Part shown: positions 45,175 through 54,552 of the stretch, piece by piece
Layout of the letters: the number at the start of each line of letters is the position of its first letter
Numbering within the stretch: position 1 is the stretch's first letter
From: Escherichia phage vB_EcoM-pEB20
Strand: one strand, 5' to 3'
Sequence record: OP114733
DNA length: 64,000 nucleotides
Program-made: the position numbers and the translations under genes
Notes under the pieces: generated by a model
What the model saw: only the letters and a program-made list of their open reading frames with translations
Database searches by the model: none
Told to the model about the DNA's origin: nothing

Positions 45175-47886
45175 ATGAAAGAATTTTACTTAACGGTTGA
45201 ACAGATTGGTGATTCAATTTTTGAACGTTACATCGATTCTAATGGCCGTGAACGTACTCGTGAAGTAGAATATAAACCATCACTGTTTGCTCATTGTCCA
45301 GAAAGTCAGGCTACAAAATATTTCGATATCTACGGTAAGCCGTGTACTCGTAAGTTGTTCGCTAATATGCGTGATGCCTCCCAATGGATTAAACGCATGG
45401 AAGATATCGGACTTGAAGCACTTGGCATGGACGATTTCAAATTGGCGTATTTGTCTGACACTTATAACTATGAAATCAAATACGACCATACAAAAATTCG
45501 TGTGGCTAACTTCGACATCGAAGTAACATCTCCGGACGGGTTCCCTGAGCCGTCACAAGCAAAACATCCGATTGATGCTATCACCCATTATGACTCAATT
45601 GACGACAGGTTCTACGTATTTGATCTATTGAATTCTCCATATGGTAATGTAGAAGAATGGTCTATTGAAATCGCTGCTAAGCTTCAAGAACAAGGTGGTG
45701 ATGAAGTTCCATCTGAAATTATCGATAAAATCATTTATATGCCGTTCGATAGCGAAAAAGAATTGTTGATGGAATATCTCAACTTCTGGCAACAGAAAAC
45801 TCCTGTCATTTTGACTGGATGGAACGTTGAGTCATTTGATATTCCATATGTGTATAACCGAATCAAGAATATTTTTGGCGAATCTACTGCGAAACGTTTA
45901 TCACCACATCGTAAAACTCGTGTTAAAGTTATCGAAAACATGTATGGTTCTCGTGAAATCATTACATTGTTCGGTATCTCTGTTCTTGATTACATTGACC
46001 TTTACAAAAAATTCTCTTTTACCAATCAACCGTCGTATTCTCTGGATTACATTTCAGAATTTGAATTGAACGTTGGTAAACTGAAATATGACGGCCCTAT
46101 TTCTAAGCTTCGTGAAAGCAATCACCAACGATATATTTCTTATAACATTATCGACGTGTATCGTGTATTGCAAATTGATGCTAAGCGTCAGTTCATCAAC
46201 TTGAGCTTGGACATGGGTTATTATGCTAAGATACAGATTCAATCTGTGTTCAGCCCAATTAAAACATGGGATGCCATTATTTTTAATAGCCTTAAAGAGC
46301 AGAACAAGGTGATTCCACAAGGTCGTTCTCACCCGGTTCAACCTTATCCTGGCGCTTTTGTTAAGGAACCTATTCCAAATCGATACAAATATGTAATGAG
46401 TTTCGACCTTACATCTCTGTATCCAAGTATTATTCGCCAAGTGAATATTAGCCCGGAAACAATAGCAGGAACGTTTAAAGTAGCTCCACTGCATGATTAT
46501 ATTAACGCTGTTGCTGAACGTCCTTCAGATGTGTACAGTTGTTCTCCTAACGGCATGATGTATTATAAAGACCGTGATGGTGTAGTTCCAACTGAAATCA
46601 CTAAGGTCTTTAATCAACGTAAAGAACATAAAGGTTACATGCTTGCAGCTCAACGTAATGGTGAAATAATTAAAGAGGCATTGCATAATCCTAATCTTTC
46701 TGTTGACGAACCATTAGATGTTGATTATCGTTTCGACTTCAGCGATGAGATTAAAGAAAAGATTAAAAAGTTGTCTGCTAAATCTCTTAATGAAATGTTG
46801 TTTAGAGCTCAACGTACTGAAGTTGCAGGTATGACTGCACAAATTAACCGTAAATTGCTCATCAACTCACTTTATGGTGCACTTGGAAACGTTTGGTTCC
46901 GTTATTATGATTTGCGTAATGCTACTGCAATCACAACATTCGGGCAAATGGCTTTACAGTGGATTGAACGTAAAGTTAATGAATATCTGAATGAGGTTTG
47001 TGGTACAGAAGGCGAAGCTTTCGTTCTATATGGTGATACAGACTCCATTTACGTATCTGCAGATAAAATTATTGATAAGGTTGGTGAATCTAAATTCCGT
47101 GATACCAACCATTGGGTAGACTTCTTAGATAAGTTCGCTCGTGAACGTATGGAACCAGCTATTGATAGAGGTTTCCGTGAAATGTGTGAATACATGAACA
47201 ATAAACAACACTTAATGTTCATGGACCGAGAAGCTATCGCTGGGCCTCCGCTCGGTTCTAAAGGTATTGGTGGATTCTGGACTGGTAAGAAACGTTATGC
47301 ATTAAACGTGTGGGATATGGAAGGTACTCGTTACGCTGAGCCTAAACTCAAAATCATGGGTCTCGAAACACAGAAATCTTCGACTCCTAAAGCAGTACAG
47401 AAAGCTCTTAAGGAATGTATTCGTCGTATGCTTCAAGAAGGTGAAGAATCATTACAAGAATATTTTAAAGAGTTTGAAAAAGAATTCCGTCAATTGAATT
47501 ATATTAGCATCGCGTCGGTATCTTCTGCGAATAACATTGCTAAATATGACGTCGGTGGATTCCCTGGCCCCAAATGTCCGTTCCATATTCGTGGAATTCT
47601 GACATATAACCGGGCTATCAAAGGTAATATTGATGCTCCACAAGTTGTAGAAGGTGAAAAAGTATATGTTCTGCCTTTACGTGAAGGAAACCCATTCGGT
47701 GATAAATGTATCGCATGGCCTTCTGGTACTGAAATCACAGATTTAATTAAAGACGACGTACTTCATTGGATGGACTACACTGTTCTCCTTGAGAAGACAT
47801 TTATTAAACCACTTGAAGGATTCACATCAGCAGCGAAACTCGATTACGAGAAGAAAGCATCTCTGTTCGATATGTTCGATTTTTGA
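45175..47886 (+). CDS. 43: DNA polymerase gp43 (B family)
   Basis: 903 aa; exo motifs FDIEV, YNIIDV; pol motifs DLTSLYPSII, KILINSLYGALG, YGDTDS; matches RB69 polymerase as recalled; no intein/intron. Confidence 0.97.
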   Translation: MKEFYLTVEQIGDSIFERYIDSNGRERTREVEYKPSLFAHCPESQATKYFDIYGKPCTRKLFANMRDASQWIKRMEDIGLEALGMDDFKLAYLSDTYNYEIKYDHTKIRVANFDIEVTSPDGFPEPSQAKHPIDAITHYDSIDDRFYVFDLLNSPYGNVEEWSIEIAAKLQEQGGDEVPSEIIDKIIYMPFDSEKELLMEYLNFWQQKTPVILTGWNVESFDIPYVYNRIKNIFGESTAKRLSPHRKTRVKVIENMYGSREIITLFGISVLDYIDLYKKFSFTNQPSYSLDYISEFELNVGKLKYDGPISKLRESNHQRYISYNIIDVYRVLQIDAKRQFINLSLDMGYYAKIQIQSVFSPIKTWDAIIFNSLKEQNKVIPQGRSHPVQPYPGAFVKEPIPNRYKYVMSFDLTSLYPSIIRQVNISPETIAGTFKVAPLHDYINAVAERPSDVYSCSPNGMMYYKDRDGVVPTEITKVFNQRKEHKGYMLAAQRNGEIIKEALHNPNLSVDEPLDVDYRFDFSDEIKEKIKKLSAKSLNEMLFRAQRTEVAGMTAQINRKLLINSLYGALGNVWFRYYDLRNATAITTFGQMALQWIERKVNEYLNEVCGTEGEAFVLYGDTDSIYVSADKIIDKVGESKFRDTNHWVDFLDKFARERMEPAIDRGFREMCEYMNNKQHLMFMDREAIAGPPLGSKGIGGFWTGKKRYALNVWDMEGTRYAEPKLKIMGLETQKSSTPKAVQKALKECIRRMLQEGEESLQEYFKEFEKEFRQLNYISIASVSSANNIAKYDVGGFPGPKCPFHIRGILTYNRAIKGNIDAPQVVEGEKVYVLPLREGNPFGDKCIAWPSGTEITDLIKDDVLHWMDYTVLLEKTFIKPLEGFTSAAKLDYEKKASLFDMFDF

Positions 47887-47926
47887 TATAATGTCATGGA
47901 CGGTAAACTAATTAAATGAGAGAAAT

Positions 47927-48562
47927 ATGAAAACTACTCCTATTACTATCGCTATTGACGCAATTATAAAACAAGCTTCTTCTTTGGCCGCTATGGCCAA
48001 AGTAATTAGTCAAAACCCTGCTCGTTATAATGCTATTCTAGAAACTCTTCGACGCCCTGGACTTAGTAATTATGAAAGCCGGGTAATTATTACAGGTGTT
48101 GGTAAGAATGCTAATATCGCAACTAAAGCTTCCGAGACTTTTGCTTCACTCGGTATCCCGAGTATGTACTTGAACACTGGGCATTATTCTCACGGTGATG
48201 CAGGATTCATTGCGCCTAATGATGTGTTGATTCATATTAGTCGTTCTGGTAAAACTGAAGAAATGATAGGCGTGGCTAAGCATCTTAAAATGATTCGTCC
48301 GAATGTCAAACAGATTCTGTTGCATTGTAACCCAGACATTCCACAAGAAAATGAAGCCCTTTTTGATTACTCTTTCTGTACAGGCATCGCGGTAGAGGTT
48401 GATGAGAATTCTCTGGCTCCGACTATGTCCACTACATTGTTGTTAGCGCTTATCGATACGTTTGCTATCAACCTTTCGTCTGAGCGTGGATTTACCTCTA
48501 ATGACTTCCTTAAGTTCCATCCAGGCGGTGCACTAGGTGCCATGTTACGAGGCGAACAATGA
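47927..48562 (+). CDS. SIS-domain sugar-phosphate isomerase (arabinose-5-phosphate isomerase-like, KdsD/GutQ family)
   Basis: 211 aa; GVGKNANIATKASETFASLG, HGD, LAPTMSTT and HPGGALG motifs align with the KdsD SIS domain; no CBS domains. Confidence 0.8.
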   Translation: MKTTPITIAIDAIIKQASSLAAMAKVISQNPARYNAILETLRRPGLSNYESRVIITGVGKNANIATKASETFASLGIPSMYLNTGHYSHGDAGFIAPNDVLIHISRSGKTEEMIGVAKHLKMIRPNVKQILLHCNPDIPQENEALFDYSFCTGIAVEVDENSLAPTMSTTLLLALIDTFAINLSSERGFTSNDFLKFHPGGALGAMLRGEQ

Positions 48563-48743
48563 AAGCAATAACAATAGGACTTTTACTATTGATGCTTGTC
48601 ATGACTATCTACTGGAGCTTAACGGCTCCAGTAATGATTCCAACACTTGTAATTGGATGGATTATGATTGGACTACAAGCAAAGTATGAATGCTTTAACT
48701 AGAATAGTGTACAATACTCCTACTTACCAATGAGGACTTCAAC

Positions 48744-50429
48744 ATGAAAAAAGCTGTTATTCTTGGTGCTGGACTGGCAACTCGTTTGTATCCAATAACG
48801 CACCATATTCCTAAGGTGCTTGTTAACTATAAACAAGACACTATTCTAAGCAATTTGTATACAATTTATTCTGACCTTGGCGCAGATGAAATTATTGTAG
48901 TAGTTCATTCAAAATTTGCTGAAACTGTTCGAGCTTATTGTGAGCAAGAAGGGTTCAATGTGACTATTCGTACAGTTGATGAAGCGTATGGTTCTGCTTA
49001 TGCTCTTGCTAAATTACACAAAGATTTAGACGGCCATAATGTAATTGTTAACTGGTGTGATATTATTCCTGATTTTGGTTCATGGTCTTGGAATGTTAAC
49101 GCAATCTATGTTAAGGGTGACGAATGTCGATATAATTTCGACGGTGAAAATATCACTAACGTAGGTTCAACAGGTGGTAATGTTGTAGGAATTTATCAGT
49201 TCAAAGACTGGGAATTCTATATGGGTTCTACTGATGAGGAAATTCATGAATACTGCAAAGGACGTGATTTCGTAGAATTCCTTTACGGCAGCGCATTCAA
49301 TAAATCAGAGCTTATGAATCTAATTGATTTAGGTGATATGCCTAAACTTGAAAAAGCTCATGAAGTTCGTGAACTTAATCGTAGTTTTAATGCAGTTGAA
49401 ATTGGTGAAGAAACTGTAACTAAATTCGCATTAACCGAACAGGGTCGAGCTCTTCAGAAAGATGAGATTTCATGGTATCTTAAAGTGAAATCAGATTCAG
49501 TTCCTCAGTTAGTTTCGGTAAATGAAAATAATTTTGAAATGGAACGTATTAAAGGTAAGCCGGCATTTGAATATATTAAATCCAAATCAAGTCTTGCTCG
49601 TCCACAAATTGTTGATGCAATTTTAGATGCACTGAAATTCAGCACAGACACTTATTTTGTAAGTCCTGAAACTGTTCGTCGTGATTTCACTAAAGAGTTC
49701 TATACGAAAGTTATTGATCGTTGTGAAAGCATTCAACCATTGATTGATTCATTTGGTAAAATCACACATGTGAACTACACTAAGATTGGACGTCTGAAGC
49801 CAATGCTGAAACAAGCTTTAGAACACCTTATTCGTTATCATAACCGTTCTCAGGGACAGTACTCTGTTATTCATGGTGACCCGAACTTCAGTAATACTAT
49901 GATTACTGATAACGGCGAAGTCAAGTTTATAGACCCTCGTGGATATTTTGGCGAAACCAAGATTTATGGGCCAAAATTGTATGATGAAGCTAAAGTGCTT
50001 TATGCTGTTTCAGGATATGATGAATTCAATGCTAATCCGACCTGGGGACAGTTTACTATTGATGAAACAACTTGTAATGTGACTATTAACATCAATCCAT
50101 TAGTTTACAAATATGGAAAGATGAGTTCGTTTAACGAGTATCATCATTTGGCTGTAGCAATTATCTGGATTGCATTAGGTGGTTATTTCAAGAATAATCC
50201 ACTTAAAGCGGTAGCCGCATATTATAAAGGTATGGAACTTCTGACTAAGCAATTACGTAACATGGGCCGTGTACTTCAGGACGGCTCTATTAGTTATGAC
50301 GTAGCAGAACCTGTAACGGCTACTCTGATTACAAAAAATCCTGGTAAATGGGTACTAACTGATAAAGAAACCGGTGTTTCCTATCGTCCAATCGGTGGCG
50401 ATATCACTCATCAATGGGAACGAATTTAA
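48744..50429 (+). CDS. bifunctional sugar-1-phosphate nucleotidyltransferase / kinase-like protein
   Basis: 561 aa; N-terminal GAGLATRLYP (RmlA/GlmU-type NTase); C-terminal HGDPNFSN...D.E resembles APH/choline-kinase fold. Confidence 0.7.
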   Translation: MKKAVILGAGLATRLYPITHHIPKVLVNYKQDTILSNLYTIYSDLGADEIIVVVHSKFAETVRAYCEQEGFNVTIRTVDEAYGSAYALAKLHKDLDGHNVIVNWCDIIPDFGSWSWNVNAIYVKGDECRYNFDGENITNVGSTGGNVVGIYQFKDWEFYMGSTDEEIHEYCKGRDFVEFLYGSAFNKSELMNLIDLGDMPKLEKAHEVRELNRSFNAVEIGEETVTKFALTEQGRALQKDEISWYLKVKSDSVPQLVSVNENNFEMERIKGKPAFEYIKSKSSLARPQIVDAILDALKFSTDTYFVSPETVRRDFTKEFYTKVIDRCESIQPLIDSFGKITHVNYTKIGRLKPMLKQALEHLIRYHNRSQGQYSVIHGDPNFSNTMITDNGEVKFIDPRGYFGETKIYGPKLYDEAKVLYAVSGYDEFNANPTWGQFTIDETTCNVTININPLVYKYGKMSSFNEYHHLAVAIIWIALGGYFKNNPLKAVAAYYKGMELLTKQLRNMGRVLQDGSISYDVAEPVTATLITKNPGKWVLTDKETGVSYRPIGGDITHQWERI

Positions 50430-50794
50430 TGCAACTATGCTTCGATGTCGATGATTGTATAACCGAATGGAATAACAATCGTGATTACGCTAATTTTAAA
50501 CCGGACCTAGAAATGGTGGCAGCCATTAATGCCTTGTATGACGCAGGGCATACCATCACGCTTTACACTGCTCGTGGTATGAAGTCTGTAGGTCCTGGAC
50601 GTATTGCTGTAGATATCCTACCAGGTCTGTTACAGAACTTAGCTAACATTGGTTTGAAGTATCATAATTTGCTAACACATAAACCAGTATATGATTGGAT
50701 TATCGACGACAAAGCTATGCGTCCTGACGAATTCAAAGCTCTTATGAATAAAGGCGAATTCGAAACATTTAAATCATATAAACCAAATCTATAA
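50429..50794 (+). CDS. HAD-superfamily phosphatase-like protein
   Basis: About 121 aa; motif I FDVDDCIT; start 50429 (TAATG overlap) or 50414. Confidence 0.6.
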   Translation: MQLCFDVDDCITEWNNNRDYANFKPDLEMVAAINALYDAGHTITLYTARGMKSVGPGRIAVDILPGLLQNLANIGLKYHNLLTHKPVYDWIIDDKAMRPDEFKALMNKGEFETFKSYKPNL

Positions 50795-50840
50795 TAATTT
50801 AAGTAAGACCTGCAAAAACCGTCGCATCAATTAACGCGAG

Positions 50841-52010
50841 ATGCAAAAAATGAATACTTTTAAAATTGGAACGAATTTCGATTTAGCTCTTCTTGATAAA
50901 ATCGTAGAGCTCAATAAAACTTATCCTAATAGCTTGATAAATGAAGTATACGGCTCTACAAGAGAAATGGCTTTTGTAGCAGCCAGACCTGATTTTAGGC
51001 TTCCTGACGTTGACAAAAAGATGTTAGAAGACTACGTTAAACGTTGTAACGAATTAGGTATTTGCTTTAACTATACACTCAACACGATAAATCCTGGTTC
51101 AAAAAGAGAACTAGTTGAGTGGAAGAAGAAAGCTATTCAGGATTATGTTCAGTATCTTTGGTCAATAGGCGTATGGCGTATTACTATCGCTAACCCTGTT
51201 GTTATGGAAATTGTTCGTGAAGTCAATAAAGACATTGAGATTGAAGTTTCAACAATTCTACATGTCGATGCTGTAACTCAAATCAAATACTTGCATGACC
51301 AGTATAATATCAAAAAGGTCTGCTGTGGAATTCATAAGAACCGTTCAGTTTCTTTCCTGAAGCGTGCAGCAGAGTTTTGCAATAAGAACAATATAATATT
51401 TGAAGTTCTTGTAAATGAGTTCTGTTCTAATGCTGGTAAAGGGTATACAACACATTGTAGCTATCGTGACTCTTGCTATATTTTCCATAGTACTGATGTT
51501 ACAGCTGATGATGCTAAATCCTTAAACGGATATCCTATGCAGCACTGTATTAAAGCTCGTGATACAGACCCATTTAACTGGTTGAGAACTCGTTTTGTTC
51601 GTCCTCAAGATTTGAAACTTTATAATGATATTGGTATCACTCAATTTAAAGTTTCAGGACGTACAGGTAGCACAGACTACATTTTGAAAGTTCTTGAAGC
51701 ATACGCTTCTGAAAAGTTTGAAGGTAATTTGTTAGAACTGTGGAAGCCTTTAGAGACTATTTTCACTCTTGAAAACGAAACTGAGTTTTCACATACGGTA
51801 AATATTGAAACCTCTTTGTTAGACGGCTTTTTAGAAAAAAGGTGGTTCAGACATCCAGATTTCGATTGTGCTAATGAAATCTGCGGGACGACGTGTACAT
51901 ATTGTGAAAGATATTATAAACGTCAGTTATCTAAAAATGGGTTATCAGAAAACTCTATATCTATTATTGATATAACTAACTCTGATGACGCTTTGAGGTA
52001 CCCGGAATGA
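50841..52010 (+). CDS. peptidase U32-family-like protein (putative Fe-S dependent enzyme)
   Basis: 389 aa; EVLVNEFCSNAGKG and QFKVSGRTGSTDYI resemble U32 signature regions; C-terminal Cys cluster C-x4-C-x3-C-x2-C; assignment tentative. Confidence 0.5.
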   Translation: MQKMNTFKIGTNFDLALLDKIVELNKTYPNSLINEVYGSTREMAFVAARPDFRLPDVDKKMLEDYVKRCNELGICFNYTLNTINPGSKRELVEWKKKAIQDYVQYLWSIGVWRITIANPVVMEIVREVNKDIEIEVSTILHVDAVTQIKYLHDQYNIKKVCCGIHKNRSVSFLKRAAEFCNKNNIIFEVLVNEFCSNAGKGYTTHCSYRDSCYIFHSTDVTADDAKSLNGYPMQHCIKARDTDPFNWLRTRFVRPQDLKLYNDIGITQFKVSGRTGSTDYILKVLEAYASEKFEGNLLELWKPLETIFTLENETEFSHTVNIETSLLDGFLEKRWFRHPDFDCANEICGTTCTYCERYYKRQLSKNGLSENSISIIDITNSDDALRYPE

Positions 52011-52246
52011 TTTCTAGAAAAACTTTTAACCACCAACTTAATGAAGAGATTTTGACTATAAAACTGAACACTAACGAACAAATTCTTAAAAAGGCCCTGA
52101 TGGGCCTGTTTGAAACTAAAGCGGCTAAAGTGATTAAAGAACCTGTTCAATTGGAATACTACGCTGATGCATTTCTTCATAGTGTTCTTGGAAGTATCGA
52201 TGCTGAAGCTTTACGTTATATCAACATTGTCAAGAAATTCAAATAA
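52007..52246 (+). CDS. hypothetical protein
   Basis: 79 aa ORF; ATGA overlap. Confidence 0.45.
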   Translation: MISRKTFNHQLNEEILTIKLNTNEQILKKALMGLFETKAAKVIKEPVQLEYYADAFLHSVLGSIDAEALRYINIVKKFK

Positions 52247-52288
52247 GCTTTACGAATTGAGTATATAATAAATTGTATTGAGGTAAAC

Positions 52289-53005
52289 ATGGGAAAACAT
52301 AACACAATGAAATATATCAAAGCCGCAGATTTTCAAACCGCATTTAAAGCAGTCAATCGTGAAATTTTAGAAAACCCGGAATTCGTAACTGATTCTCGTA
52401 TTGGACGTTGTAATGAAATTGGGTCTATGACAGTAGTTGTTGACACTCCATCATCATTCAAAATGACCGACCCACGTATTAACCGCATCTCTTATGAATA
52501 TGCCGAAGACTTCTGGAAGTTTATGATTTCTGGTGGTACCAACGCAGAAGAAGCGTTTAAGGCATATCCTAATGTCGCTAAATTTATTTCTAAACCAAAA
52601 TCAGATGTTTTGCCGGCGAACTTCAACACTTTCTATGGTCCTCGCATTGCGGCCCAATTACCAGCTCTTCTAAAAGAACTTAAAGAGAAGCCTAACTCTC
52701 GAAGAGTTGTGTTCCAAATTCTAGAAAGTTCTGATCAGGCTTTGCTTGATTCAGACGAAACGCTTGAATATCCATGTACTGACTCAGTGACTTATTATAT
52801 TCGTGATGGTAAGCTTTATACCCACTGTCATATGCGTTCTCAGAACTGTGCTGTTGTTATGCAGTTGGATTTTTATCTCCAAGGAAAATTACTTCATTAT
52901 ATCGCTAACGAATGCGGTGTAGAAGTTGGTGATTATACTCATACCATGGTAAGTGCCCATGTGTTTGAACGTGATTTTGATTATGTTAAAGGATTCCTTG
53001 ACTAA
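52289..53005 (+). CDS. 42: thymidylate-synthase-fold pyrimidine hydroxymethylase (gene 42-like dCMP hydroxymethylase)
   Basis: 238 aa; PNSRRVVFQI and catalytic-Cys region YPCTDSVTYYIRDGKLYTHCHMRSQN align to TS/dCMP-HMase motifs; more divergent from T4 gp42 than neighbours. Confidence 0.7.
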   Translation: MGKHNTMKYIKAADFQTAFKAVNREILENPEFVTDSRIGRCNEIGSMTVVVDTPSSFKMTDPRINRISYEYAEDFWKFMISGGTNAEEAFKAYPNVAKFISKPKSDVLPANFNTFYGPRIAAQLPALLKELKEKPNSRRVVFQILESSDQALLDSDETLEYPCTDSVTYYIRDGKLYTHCHMRSQNCAVVMQLDFYLQGKLLHYIANECGVEVGDYTHTMVSAHVFERDFDYVKGFLD

Positions 53006-53904
53006 TGGCTATTTTCCGCGTACCTATCTTGAGTATGCGGTCTTATGAAACTGGACAGTATGCTATCCTTAAGGATGGCAACTTCCAACTTCATTTGCAC
53101 CGTGCTAATCCGGGTGATGTGATTACATATCCACGTAATGCATCTGATATTAAAGAATGCGAACGTCTTTTCCCAGAATTTAAGTTTGTTCCGTTATGGT
53201 ATAAAGATAACGCATATAATACTCGTAAATATTTCTGGTCTGAAAATGAATTTGTAGTTGATTCGTTGATTGCTTATTATGATTGTGATTTTCTCATCAC
53301 GGATATCACTGGATATGATGGTGCTTTTGACGTAGAATTCAATTTCAATATCACTGCAGACCCTAATAAACCACGTTTTTATATTGACGAATTCTTAAAA
53401 ACTGATATGTTGTCGGTTAATCGTTCACTTCAAACTACTGTGTTGAATGAACGTCAAAAAGAAGTGCTGGTTAACGCAGGTGCAGATGGTAATAAGATTA
53501 TCGTAACGCAGAAAGTTATACGTCCTTCCATCATGCAGCGTCTTGTAGGTGATTTGGCTCCTATTCATCTAGATGGTATTTTTCATCCATTTCGAATTAG
53601 TGACCCGTGCTATCGTTTTGAACAAGTGGTTGAATGTGCAATTCAATTAGGCCAACCGCTTTATATAACCGATCCAAATAATAGCTTCGACAGAAATAAG
53701 TATCCTGAAGAAGCACTGATTCGAATTTTTAAACCAACTAAAACTGAGTACTATCAAATTCTTAAAGGACGTCCGAAGATTCAATATTTCGAAAATCCTG
53801 AAGAAGTATTCCATCCAGGTCTTGGTGAGTTCATCTACTTTAACGCTTTAATTTCTTCGCCGTATAATATACCTAAATATGAAGATGTCGTAATCGAGGA
53901 ATAA
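53005..53904 (+). CDS. hypothetical protein at the position of T4 beta-glucosyltransferase
   Basis: 299 aa; no recognised motif; synteny only. Confidence 0.55.
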   Translation: MAIFRVPILSMRSYETGQYAILKDGNFQLHLHRANPGDVITYPRNASDIKECERLFPEFKFVPLWYKDNAYNTRKYFWSENEFVVDSLIAYYDCDFLITDITGYDGAFDVEFNFNITADPNKPRFYIDEFLKTDMLSVNRSLQTTVLNERQKEVLVNAGADGNKIIVTQKVIRPSIMQRLVGDLAPIHLDGIFHPFRISDPCYRFEQVVECAIQLGQPLYITDPNNSFDRNKYPEEALIRIFKPTKTEYYQILKGRPKIQYFENPEEVFHPGLGEFIYFNALISSPYNIPKYEDVVIEE

Positions 53905-53905
53905 A

Positions 53906-54454
53906 ATGGCTAAAATTATTTTAGTAGATGGCCCGGATAATGCTGGTAAAACAACTTTCATTAATGACATAATGGAAATTAGTGAAAGATATGTAAAGAT
54001 TGATTTCCCTAAACGAACAGTTGATGGGCGTTTCGATGTTAAGTCTCGAAATGAAGTTGGCTGTTTCGAAACGATGTTGAATTATTTAGACCCTACTAAG
54101 ATTTATCTGTTAGACCGTGGATATATTAGTAACTGGGTTTATGGACGTATTCGACAAGATGCGGACTCGATTCTTGACGTTTATGAACAGGACTATGTTC
54201 GTCTTTGCCAAAACCATGATGTGTTCACAATTATTTTAACACGTAACGAAATGACTGAAAGTTTTGAAGACGACCTTATTACTTTGTCTTCACTCAGTTT
54301 CAATACAGTCATTTCACATTTTGAAGAGTTTGCAATTCATAACAAAATCCAAACGTATCAATTACTTAATCATGATGGTGCTAACAAAGTTATAGGATTT
54401 AATGCAAGCGAACGTAATTATTTGATTACAGAAATTATCAAATGGGCTCGTTAA
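53906..54454 (+). CDS. P-loop kinase-like protein
   Basis: 182 aa; Walker A VDGPDNAGKTT at N-terminus as in NMP/small-molecule kinases. Confidence 0.6.
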   Translation: MAKIILVDGPDNAGKTTFINDIMEISERYVKIDFPKRTVDGRFDVKSRNEVGCFETMLNYLDPTKIYLLDRGYISNWVYGRIRQDADSILDVYEQDYVRLCQNHDVFTIILTRNEMTESFEDDLITLSSLSFNTVISHFEEFAIHNKIQTYQLLNHDGANKVIGFNASERNYLITEIIKWAR

Positions 54455-54552
54455 GAGCCATTTAAAGTTTTAAATGCTGTATAACCCTTAGTATATAATC
54501 ATCTTATCTTTTAAACATGAGTAAAATATAATGATGCCTATGGAAAAATACA

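Noticed and set aside
46054-46494. 146-aa minus-strand ORF (with similar ones at 40062-40550 and 41845-42297)
   Set aside because: Embedded antisense within DNA polymerase, gp46 and rpbA coding regions.
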